From: Planctomycetota bacterium | GTDB lineage: Bacteria; Planctomycetota; Planctomycetia; Pirellulales; Lacipirellulaceae | Direction: 5' to 3' | Length of the DNA: 34,749 nucleotides | Assembly (NCBI GenBank): GCA_039190745.1 | Contig: JBCCXZ010000041.1 | Coordinates: forward strand, 1-34,749 | In this document: positions 28,038-34,749 of the stretch, piece by piece | How positions within the stretch are numbered: the first letter of the stretch is position 1 | Layout: every line of letters begins with the position of its first letter | Notes under the pieces: model-generated | Database searches by the model: none | Seen by the model: the letters and a program-made list of their open reading frames with translations, nothing else | Told to the model about the DNA's origin: nothing | Position numbers and translations under genes: made by a program

Positions 28038-29240
28038 CTACATCGCGTTAGCCGACATCAGGATGGGCATCAGCAACGCGATCACAATCAGCATCACCGC
28101 CGAGGCCATCACCAGCAACATCAGCGGCTCCAGCAGCCGCACAAACAGGTCGAGCCGCCGCCAGGTCTGCTTTTCCAGCGAATCGGCGATTTCTGTCAGC
28201 ACCGTCTCCAGCGTGTTGGATTGCTCGGCCACGGCGATCATCTCCACCACGTCCCCGGGAAAATGACCGCTCGCCGCCAGCGGAGTCGCCAGCGGTTCGC
28301 CGGAGGTGATGTTCTCCGACGCATCGTTCACCGCCTTGGCGAGCACCTTGTTGCCCGTCGATTCGGAGCTGATCTGCAGCGCCCGCACGATCGGCACGCC
28401 GCCCTTGAGCAGCGTGCCCAGCACTCGGCAGAAGCGCGCCACGGCGAAGTTCTTGTAGATGGCCCCGGCTTGCGGCAACCGGAGACGCCAGCGGTCGAGC
28501 TGCCACCGGCCTTCGTCGGTTGCTAGCCGGTTGCGAACGACCGCCCCGACCATCACCAGCCCGATCGCGATCCACAGCCCGTACTGGCTGAGCGTGTCGC
28601 TCACCCACAACAGCGTGGTGGTGAGCGAAGGCAACTCGCCACGCGCCTCCAGCCGGGCGAACAACGCCTCGAACTTCGGCACGAAGAACACCACCAGCAC
28701 CGTCACGATGATCACACTGAACACCGCCAGAAAGATCGGGTAGGCCAAGGCGCCCATCACGCGGCTCTTGAGTTCGCTCTGTTGATCGGTGAACTTCGCG
28801 ACGCGCTCGAGCGCCTCTTCTAAGAACCCGCCCTCGCTGCCGGCCTTCACGATGCTTGTCGCGAGCTCACCGAACGCCTTGGGGTGCCGCGCCATCGCCG
28901 CCGAGAGCGACTCGCCCTCGCTCACCCGCTCCCGCAGATCGGAACACACCTGCCCCAGAGCCGCGTTGCTCGTCTGCTGGCCGAGCACCTCCAGGCCCCG
29001 CAACAACGGCACGCCGCTCCGCAACAGCGACGCCAGCTGCACGTAAAACTGCGACGCCGCCTGGGCCGGCACCCGCAGCGAGCCCTTCTCCGGCGCCTTC
29101 GGCCCCACGGGCGACACCTTCACCGGGAACAGAGCCTGCGCCGCCAACGCCGCGATCGCCTCCCGCTCGGTCCCCACCGAGAGTGTCCCGGCCACCTGCC
29201 GACCTGAGGCGTCGCGCGCTGTGTAGGCGAAGTCAGGCAT
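28038..29240 (-). CDS. gspF: Type II secretion inner-membrane protein GspF/PilC
   Basis: MPDFAYTA, QLASLLRSGVPL, V.EGESLS.AM..HP..F, AL.YP, LLKGGVPI and LLEPLM. ATG 29240. Confidence 0.93.
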   Translation of the reverse strand: MPDFAYTARDASGRQVAGTLSVGTEREAIAALAAQALFPVKVSPVGPKAPEKGSLRVPAQAASQFYVQLASLLRSGVPLLRGLEVLGQQTSNAALGQVCSDLRERVSEGESLSAAMARHPKAFGELATSIVKAGSEGGFLEEALERVAKFTDQQSELKSRVMGALAYPIFLAVFSVIIVTVLVVFFVPKFEALFARLEARGELPSLTTTLLWVSDTLSQYGLWIAIGLVMVGAVVRNRLATDEGRWQLDRWRLRLPQAGAIYKNFAVARFCRVLGTLLKGGVPIVRALQISSESTGNKVLAKAVNDASENITSGEPLATPLAASGHFPGDVVEMIAVAEQSNTLETVLTEIADSLEKQTWRRLDLFVRLLEPLMLLVMASAVMLIVIALLMPILMSANAM

Positions 29241-29249
29241 GCGGAGAAA

Positions 29250-29327
29250 CCCGAATGACGAATGCAGAATGACGAAAGCCGCGGCAAACGCTTGCCTGGG
29301 ATCGTGCTTCGTCATTCGTCATTCGGG
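29250..29327. repeat. Heptamer (GAATGAC)n palindromic intergenic element
   Basis: Perfect 15-bp IR CCCGAATGACGAATG (29250-64) / CATTCGTCATTCGGG (29313-27). Inner GGCAA-ACGC-TTGCC hairpin. Confidence 0.8.
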
Positions 29328-29330
29328 CTA

Positions 29331-31025
29331 TCAAACGTGGTCCCCCTTCGTCACCCGCAGTGCTTCGTCGACCGTCGTGGTGCCGTCGAGCACTTTCCGC
29401 CACGCGTCCTGCCGCAGTGTCCGCATGCCGTCAGCGAGCGCCGCCTTGCGGATGTCCCAGCTGCTCGCCCTGTCGTGCGCCAACTGACGCACCGAGTCGC
29501 TCGTCCGGCAGAGCTCGAAGATGCCCTGCCGACCCGTAAAGCCCAACTCGCGGCACTGCCGGCAGCCGGCCGACCGGTACAGCGTGCCGCCCGCCTCTTG
29601 CAGGGCTTCCCAAGGGAAGTCGCTCGGCAACTCATCGTGCGTCGGCCGGTACGCCTCGCGGCAAGCAACGCACAGCCGCCGCACCAGCCGTTGGGCCATC
29701 ACCGCCTCGATGGTGCTCGCAACCAGAAACGGCTCGACGCCCATGTCGATCAGCCGCGTGTAGGCGCTCGGCGCGTCGTTCGTGTGCAGTGTGCTGAAGA
29801 CTAGGTGGCCCGTGAGCGACGCCTGAATGGCGTTCTCGGCCGTCTCGAAGTCACGCACCTCGCCCACCAGCACCACGTCCGGGTCATGCCGCAGGATCGC
29901 CCGCAACGACTGCGCGAACGTCAGCCCAATCTTCGGGTGGACCTGGATCTGATTAATCCCCTCAAGCTGGTACTCCACCGGGTCTTCGGTGGTGATGATC
30001 TTCGTGTCCTCGCTCTTGATCTCCACGAGCGAGCTGTACAGCGTGGTCGTCTTGCCCGAGCCGGTCGGCCCCGTCACCAACACGATGCCGTGCGGCATGC
30101 GGATCAGCTCGTCGAACGGCGACTTGATCGCCGGGTCCATCCCGAGCTTCTCGAGCGAGAACTCCATCCGGCCCTTGTCCAACAGCCGCATCACGATCCC
30201 CTCGCCGTGCAGCATGGGGATCACCGACACCCGCACATCCACCTCCCGCCCATGGACGCGGAGTTTGATCCGACCGTCCTGCGGCAGCCGCTTCTCGGCG
30301 ATGTTCAGCCGGGCCATGATCTTCAGCCGGCTGATGATCGCCGCCTGGAAGTGGTTGATCTCCGGCGGCGTCGGCTGCGGCTGGAGGATGCCGTCGATCC
30401 GGTAGCGGATCCTAACTCCAGAGGGCTGCGACTCGATGTGCACGTCGCTCGCCCGGCTGTCGACCGCCTCGATCAGGATTTCATTCACCAGCCGGACAAC
30501 CGAGGCCTCTTGGGCCTCCTCGGAAATCTCCGAACCGTCCGCGTCGAGGTCCTCGAGCAGCTCAAGGTCTTCCTCGCGCTGGGCGATCAGGCCCTCGATG
30601 GTCTCGCTGCCCACGCCGAGCTGGGCCTTCACGTGCTGCGCGATCGCCGCCCGCGTCGCCAGCACCGGCTCAACCGGCAGACCAAGCTTGCTGCTTGCTT
30701 GGTCGAGCGGCTGAAGATCGAACGGGTCGGAAGTAGCGACCAACAGCGACCCGTTCTGCCGTTCAACCGGCAGGACGCCGTGGCGGTGGATCAGCTTCTG
30801 GGGGAACGAAGCGACCAATCCCGGGTCGATTTCGCGGCTCTGCAGGTCGACCACCTCGATCCCAACCAGCCCACCCACCGCACGCAGGGCGTCGTACTCG
30901 TCCACCAAGCCCAGGGTGATCGCCTGCTGGAACGGACGGTCGCCGTTCGTGCAGGCCGCTGTTGCCTGTTCGAGTTCGGCCTCACCCAGCAGACCTTCGT
31001 CGACGAGCAGTTGTCCGGCATCCAT
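29331..31025 (-). CDS. gspE: Type II secretion ATPase GspE/PilB
   Basis: ASDVHIE, IAEKRLPQDGR, Walker A GPTGSGKTT, TEDPVE, LRHDPDVVLVGEVRD, TGHLVFSTLHTN and a CxxC...CxxC Zn motif. ATG 31025. Confidence 0.95.
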   Translation of the reverse strand: MDAGQLLVDEGLLGEAELEQATAACTNGDRPFQQAITLGLVDEYDALRAVGGLVGIEVVDLQSREIDPGLVASFPQKLIHRHGVLPVERQNGSLLVATSDPFDLQPLDQASSKLGLPVEPVLATRAAIAQHVKAQLGVGSETIEGLIAQREEDLELLEDLDADGSEISEEAQEASVVRLVNEILIEAVDSRASDVHIESQPSGVRIRYRIDGILQPQPTPPEINHFQAAIISRLKIMARLNIAEKRLPQDGRIKLRVHGREVDVRVSVIPMLHGEGIVMRLLDKGRMEFSLEKLGMDPAIKSPFDELIRMPHGIVLVTGPTGSGKTTTLYSSLVEIKSEDTKIITTEDPVEYQLEGINQIQVHPKIGLTFAQSLRAILRHDPDVVLVGEVRDFETAENAIQASLTGHLVFSTLHTNDAPSAYTRLIDMGVEPFLVASTIEAVMAQRLVRRLCVACREAYRPTHDELPSDFPWEALQEAGGTLYRSAGCRQCRELGFTGRQGIFELCRTSDSVRQLAHDRASSWDIRKAALADGMRTLRQDAWRKVLDGTTTVDEALRVTKGDHV

Positions 31026-31145
31026 GGCAGTCGGCCATCGGAGGAGGGATGTTAGGGCGAGTCGCGTGAGGCGGCCGCGGGAGCCTAAATTATGGGCAGC
31101 CAACGCCTTGCGGGCAAATCGTAGAGCGGCCCCGCGGAGCAGCCG

Positions 31146-31976
31146 CTACTCAGACTCCGCCGGCCGGGCTTCCTCGCGTCGGTCCCGGAGCCGGCGGATC
31201 AAACCCTGACGCTCGCGTTCCCGTCTCCGTGAGGCGGCCGGCGGTTCTTCGGCGTCCAATAGGGCACTCGGCAGATCGAACTCCTCCCCCAGCAGCACGT
31301 CGAGCTTCTCGGTCTGCTCGGGCGTCAGCACGTCCTGCACAGAGGCCCGCTGCTCGCTCATCGCGGCCTGCATTTGCTCCTCGGTCCTGTCGGCCGCCGC
31401 CCGGCCTCGTTCGCGGAGTTCGTCCTGCTGTTCCCGGGTCAGGTCGAGTGCCCGCGCCAGTTCGTTGCTGGAAAGTGCCGCGGGGGCGCCGGACCGGCGG
31501 AGCTTCATTTGCAGCAGAATCTCCCGCAGACGCTGGATCTGCTCGTCCTGCAGCACATCGGTCAGCAACGCTTGAGCGTCAACTCCGCCCAAGGGCCCGG
31601 CTCCGTCGACGCCGGGCTCAGCAGCGCCTTCCACCGTCGCCGATTCGCTGCCGCCCGTTTGGTCGATCAGATTCAGAATCTCGCCGCCAAACCGCTCTCG
31701 CAGCAGGCCAATGAGCGGCCGCAGCCGCCCCGACTGCTCCGGCTTCAGCTGCAGCTCCTGCTGGACTTTCGCGTCCTGCAGCACGCGCAGCATGTCGAGC
31801 ATCCCGCCCAGCTCGATCTGCATGGGTTCGGCTGGGGCAGGATCAGAAGCCGGTGCCGCGGCGGGGGCCTCAACCGGCTCCGGCAGCACTCCCTCATCTG
31901 CTCGCGACGGAGTCACTGCGAGCAAGAAACCGTAGAAAACAGGGGCTAAAACACCCCAACGCCACAGTGCATACAC
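31146..31976 (-). CDS. Secreted helical protein with LTxxQ repeats (Spy/CpxP-like)
   Basis: GTG 31976 after GGGAGG; signal peptide ending SRA-DE; LKPEQ, LQDEQ, LTREQ and LTPEQ motifs. Confidence 0.6.
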   Translation of the reverse strand: MYALWRWGVLAPVFYGFLLAVTPSRADEGVLPEPVEAPAAAPASDPAPAEPMQIELGGMLDMLRVLQDAKVQQELQLKPEQSGRLRPLIGLLRERFGGEILNLIDQTGGSESATVEGAAEPGVDGAGPLGGVDAQALLTDVLQDEQIQRLREILLQMKLRRSGAPAALSSNELARALDLTREQQDELRERGRAAADRTEEQMQAAMSEQRASVQDVLTPEQTEKLDVLLGEEFDLPSALLDAEEPPAASRRRERERQGLIRRLRDRREEARPAESE

Positions 31977-32037
31977 GGCACAGCCTCCCCATTGCCCCAA
32001 CCAGCGAGCTACGCCGCGGCGGGGGCCGCGACACGTT

Positions 32038-32059
32038 CTTTCTAGTGCCTTTCTAGTGC
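32038..32059. promoter_or_regulatory. 11-bp perfect direct repeat in a divergent promoter region
   Basis: CTTTCTAGTGC occurs twice in tandem (32038-48, 32049-59). Confidence 0.35.
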
Positions 32060-32124
32060 GCCGAACGCCAGATTGGTACCCTGCCGCCACGCCCGCCGTT
32101 TTACTCTAATGGTCTGCAGGCCCC

Positions 32125-32898
32125 ATGTTCAGCAAGCAAGACATCGCCAAAGACTGGCTCCCCCGCTACACCGGCATGCCGCTGGAAGAGTTCGGCGACT
32201 ACGTGTTGCTGACCAACTTCGGGGAGTACGTCCGGCTCTTCTCCGAACGGTTCCAGTGCCCCGTCTACGGCCGCGACCGACCGATGCAGGCCTGCTCCAA
32301 CTCGGAGGGGCTGACCATTATCAACTTCGGCATCGGCTCGCCCAACGCCGCGACCGTGATGGACCTGCTAACGGCCTACACCCCACAGGCCGTGCTCTTT
32401 CTAGGCAAGTGCGGCGGCCTTAAGCGGTCGACCGAAATCGGACACTTCATCCTGCCCATCGGAGCCATCCGCGGCGAGGGCACGTCCGACGACTACCTCC
32501 CGGCCAAAGTCCCGGCCCTGCCGTCCTTCAAGCTACACAAGTTCGTCTCCGAGAAGCTCGTCGCCCGGGGCCTCGACTACCGCTCGGGCGTTATCTACAC
32601 GACGAACCGCCGCGTCTGGGAGCACGATGAGGAATTCCAGAAGGAGCTCAAAACCTACACGCCCATCGCCATCGATATGGAAGTGGCCACTATTTTTGTG
32701 GTTGGCCACAAAAACCAGATTGCCCGAGGCGCCTTGCTTCTGGTCTCCGACCTCCCGACGACCCCCGACGGCGTGAAAACCCAGCAGAGCGACGCCCGAG
32801 TGAGCCACGAGTGGTCGCACAGGCATATCGAGATTGGCATCGAATCACTGACCGACATCGAGGAACAAGGCGAGGAAATCAAGCATTTCCGCTACTGA
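32125..32898 (+). CDS. amn: AMP nucleosidase (short PNP/UDP-family type)
   Basis: WLPRYTG, LLTNF, IINFGIGSPNAATVMDLL, FLGKCGGL, AIRGEGTSDDY, YTTNRRVWE, IDMEVAT, LLLVSDLP..P.GVK and ..KHFRY. Confidence 0.9.
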   Translation: MFSKQDIAKDWLPRYTGMPLEEFGDYVLLTNFGEYVRLFSERFQCPVYGRDRPMQACSNSEGLTIINFGIGSPNAATVMDLLTAYTPQAVLFLGKCGGLKRSTEIGHFILPIGAIRGEGTSDDYLPAKVPALPSFKLHKFVSEKLVARGLDYRSGVIYTTNRRVWEHDEEFQKELKTYTPIAIDMEVATIFVVGHKNQIARGALLLVSDLPTTPDGVKTQQSDARVSHEWSHRHIEIGIESLTDIEEQGEEIKHFRY

Positions 32899-33028
32899 TT
32901 CCGCGTTGGCAGTCGCTCCCCCTTATCTTCCCAAGCTGCGCAATGTGGCTTCTGTACTGCGCTGGAGCGTAGAAACTCCGGCTAGATGGGGAATCCGTGA
33001 AGAAACGGGGAATTCCCGGCCTCGTTGA

Positions 33029-33056
33029 TTGACTCACCCGCAAACTCCAGTAGGGT
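33029..33056 (+). promoter_or_regulatory. Putative sigma70-type promoter for the PEP-CTERM gene
   Basis: TTGACT (33029-34), 16 bp spacer, TAGGGT (33051-56). Confidence 0.35.
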
Positions 33057-33103
33057 GTTGTTCAGAGTCAACGATCAAAAGAGCAAACTGACGCATCGAC
33101 GAT

Positions 33104-33154
33104 ATGCGTCCCCCACCTGGCCAGCTCAAACCTCCGCACAAACGACACCACTAG
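33104..33154 (+). CDS. Putative leader peptide MRPPPGQLKPPHKRHH
   Basis: ATG...TAG ORF encoding 16 aa that covers the 5' arm of the leader terminator. Its ATG lies in a small hairpin (33090-33110). Confidence 0.3.
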   Translation: MRPPPGQLKPPHKRHH

Positions 33155-33176
33155 ACGAGACTTGCGGAGGTTTTTT
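33128..33176 (+). terminator. Terminator-like hairpin in the PEP-CTERM gene leader
   Basis: AAACCTCCGCA (33128-38) / TGCGGAGGTTT (33163-73), 24-nt loop, T6 tail. Confidence 0.55.
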
Positions 33177-33206
33177 CCTCCCTGGCATGATGAAACCCTC
33201 CCTCAT

Positions 33207-33258
33207 CCTCTGAGAGAGGGCCCCCTCTGAGAGAGGGCCCCATTGAGAACGGGGACCC
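33207..33258. repeat. 17-bp tandem repeat of mini-hairpins
   Basis: CCTCTGAGAGAGGGCCC occurs twice exactly (33207-23, 33224-40), followed by a degenerate third copy CATTGAGAACGGGGACCC. Confidence 0.75.
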
Positions 33259-33346
33259 GTTGTTTCGTGTTTGGCGGCACAAATTTTTTCCCGCGTTTAC
33301 CTAGTTTGCAAACTTTGTTTCACCGCATCTTGAACAGGAGTCGCTA

Positions 33347-34015
33347 ATGTCGCTTCGTAAGTTCACTGCCGCTCTTGCGGTCGCCGCTGTGCTGTCGGCC
33401 AACGCCAGCGCCGCCACCATCGTCCAGTACGCTACCGCTGGTGGCGTCAACCCCCTCCCGGCGTTCTTCGCCGACGCCGCCGTCTCCGCTGACGGCCTGA
33501 CCGCCGGTTCTGGCCTCAACGTCCAGAACTTCTCGACGTTCAACACCACTGGCTGGGACGTGGCCAGCACTTCCTTCGCCGACGCCGTTGCTGCCGACGA
33601 CGTCTGGACCTGGGGCTTCGACGTCACCGGTTCCACACCGCTTGACCTGACCACCATGGACTTTCGTCTCGACCGCTCCGGCACCGGCCCGGACGACGTT
33701 GAGATCGAAGTTTCGGTCAACGGCGGCGCCGGTATTCCCGTGTTCTTCCACGACTACAACGACAGCGGTGCCGGCGTGAACTTCGTCGGCGTCGACCTCT
33801 CCGGTGTCCCGACTCTTGTCTCGGGCGACTCGGTCGTCTTCACCCTCGGCGCCTACAACTCCGAGAGCGCTGCCGGCAGCCTCGACCTTGAGACTATCAC
33901 CTTCCCCGGTGGTACCGACTCGCTCACCATCTTCGGTGAGTTCGTCCCAGAGCCGACCAGCTTCGTCATGCTGTCGCTCGGTGCCATGGGCCTCGGCTTC
34001 GTCCGCCGTCGCTAA
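33347..34015 (+). CDS. PEP-CTERM sorting-signal surface protein
   Basis: AGGAG RBS; signal peptide ending ASA-AT; Thr/Ser/Gly/Asp-rich, Lys-free mature region; C-terminal VPEPTS, TM helix and RRR. Confidence 0.92.
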   Translation: MSLRKFTAALAVAAVLSANASAATIVQYATAGGVNPLPAFFADAAVSADGLTAGSGLNVQNFSTFNTTGWDVASTSFADAVAADDVWTWGFDVTGSTPLDLTTMDFRLDRSGTGPDDVEIEVSVNGGAGIPVFFHDYNDSGAGVNFVGVDLSGVPTLVSGDSVVFTLGAYNSESAAGSLDLETITFPGGTDSLTIFGEFVPEPTSFVMLSLGAMGLGFVRRR

Positions 34016-34057
34016 GGTCGCAAGACCACAACCGCCCGCAAGGGCGTTTGCATAGCT

Positions 34058-34096
34058 AAACGGCTGGCTGTCCTCTGGGGCGGCCAGCCGTTTTTT
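34058..34096 (+). terminator. Intrinsic terminator after the PEP-CTERM gene
   Basis: AAACGGCTGGCTGTCC-TCTG-GGGCGGCCAGCCGTTT followed by TTT. Confidence 0.85.
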
Positions 34097-34211
34097 CTTG
34101 CGCCGGCGGTTCCCACGGGATTCCGCGGCTAGACCAACCACCGGGGGCGGGGTAAGTTCTGCCTTCTCAAGGAACCTTCCCGCCCGCACGCTACTAGCCC
34201 GGCCAGCAGTC

Positions 34212-34749
34212 ATGAAGTCGATCGTTGCCCTTATCGACCACGCCGTGCTGCACCCCACGCAGACCGCCGACGACCTCCGCGTCGCCTGCCGGATGTGCCG
34301 CGAGGTCGGCGTCGCCAGCGTCTGCGTCAAGCCCGCGATGGTTCCCCTGGCGGCCGAACTACTCGAGGGCAGCCCCGTCGTCCCCAGCACCGTGATCGGT
34401 TTCCCTCACGGCGGCACAAGCACCGAGGCCAAGGTCCGCGAGACCGAGGTCGCTTGCCTCGACGGCGCCGCCGAGGTCGACATGGTCGCCAACATCGGAG
34501 CCGTGCTCGGCGGGCACTGGGACGAGGTCGCCTCCGACATCCGCGCCGTGGTCGACTCCGCGCACCAGGCCGGAGCCATCGTGAAAGTGATCTTCGAAAC
34601 CGGCCTGCTGCCCGACGACGACGCCAAGACACGCCTCTGCGAAGTCTGCGAGGCCGTCGGCGCCGACTTCGTGAAGACTTCTACCGGCTTCGGCTTCGTC
34701 AAAGACGCCGAAGGCGCCCTCAAGTCCACCGGCGCCACCGACCACGACA
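34212..34749 (+). CDS. deoC: Deoxyribose-phosphate aldolase (partial; runs off the window end and is absent from the ORF track)
   Basis: Hand translation: MKSIVALIDHAVLHP...SVCVKP...TVIGFPHG...GAAEVDMV.NIG...VKVIFETGLL...GADFVKTSTGF. Confidence 0.95.
   Translation, partial: MKSIVALIDHAVLHPTQTADDLRVACRMCREVGVASVCVKPAMVPLAAELLEGSPVVPSTVIGFPHGGTSTEAKVRETEVACLDGAAEVDMVANIGAVLGGHWDEVASDIRAVVDSAHQAGAIVKVIFETGLLPDDDAKTRLCEVCEAVGADFVKTSTGFGFVKDAEGALKSTGATDHD

Noticed and set aside
33060..33130. c-di-GMP riboswitch in the PEP-CTERM leader (GCAAAC motif)
   Set aside because: Only the short GCAAAC word matches; no GNRA-capped P2 or P3 pairing follows.
33207..33258. Tandem repeats as a CRISPR array
   Set aside because: Units are 17 bp with no spacers, and there are no cas genes.
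33347..34015. PEP-CTERM protein as a substrate of the neighbouring T2SS
   Set aside because: It is on the opposite strand, separated by amn, with its own leader and terminator. No exosortase is in the window, and proximity alone is not evidence.

Overview
GC-rich bacterial chromosomal window. Gene content and style suggest a planctomycete (inference only). It holds about 29 genes. In order: nadE, cinA and a glycine-zipper lipoprotein (-); two tandem Cys/Met PLP enzymes and a TIM-barrel isomerase (+); aat (-); an HtrA protease, dnaG, rpoD, a C4 zinc-ribbon protein and greA (+); galM (-); a BON protein (+); a ~14 kb type II secretion-like cluster, gspE-F-G-H-I-J-K-L-M(C)-D plus a lipoprotein (-); a secreted LTxxQ protein (-); amn, a PEP-CTERM protein and a partial deoC (+). 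No rRNA, tRNA, CRISPR array or transposase was seen. Main observations: (1) greA is interrupted by one in-frame TAG and is otherwise intact. (2) Two long 5' leaders, before the Met operon and before the PEP-CTERM gene, share the layout promoter, tiny R-x-P-P ORF, intrinsic terminator, which suggests ribosome-stalling attenuators. (3) A SAM-II-like motif precedes a plant-type cystathionine gamma-synthase. (4) There are several REP-like palindromes, one with compensatory changes. (5) The PncC domain of CinA looks catalytically degenerate.
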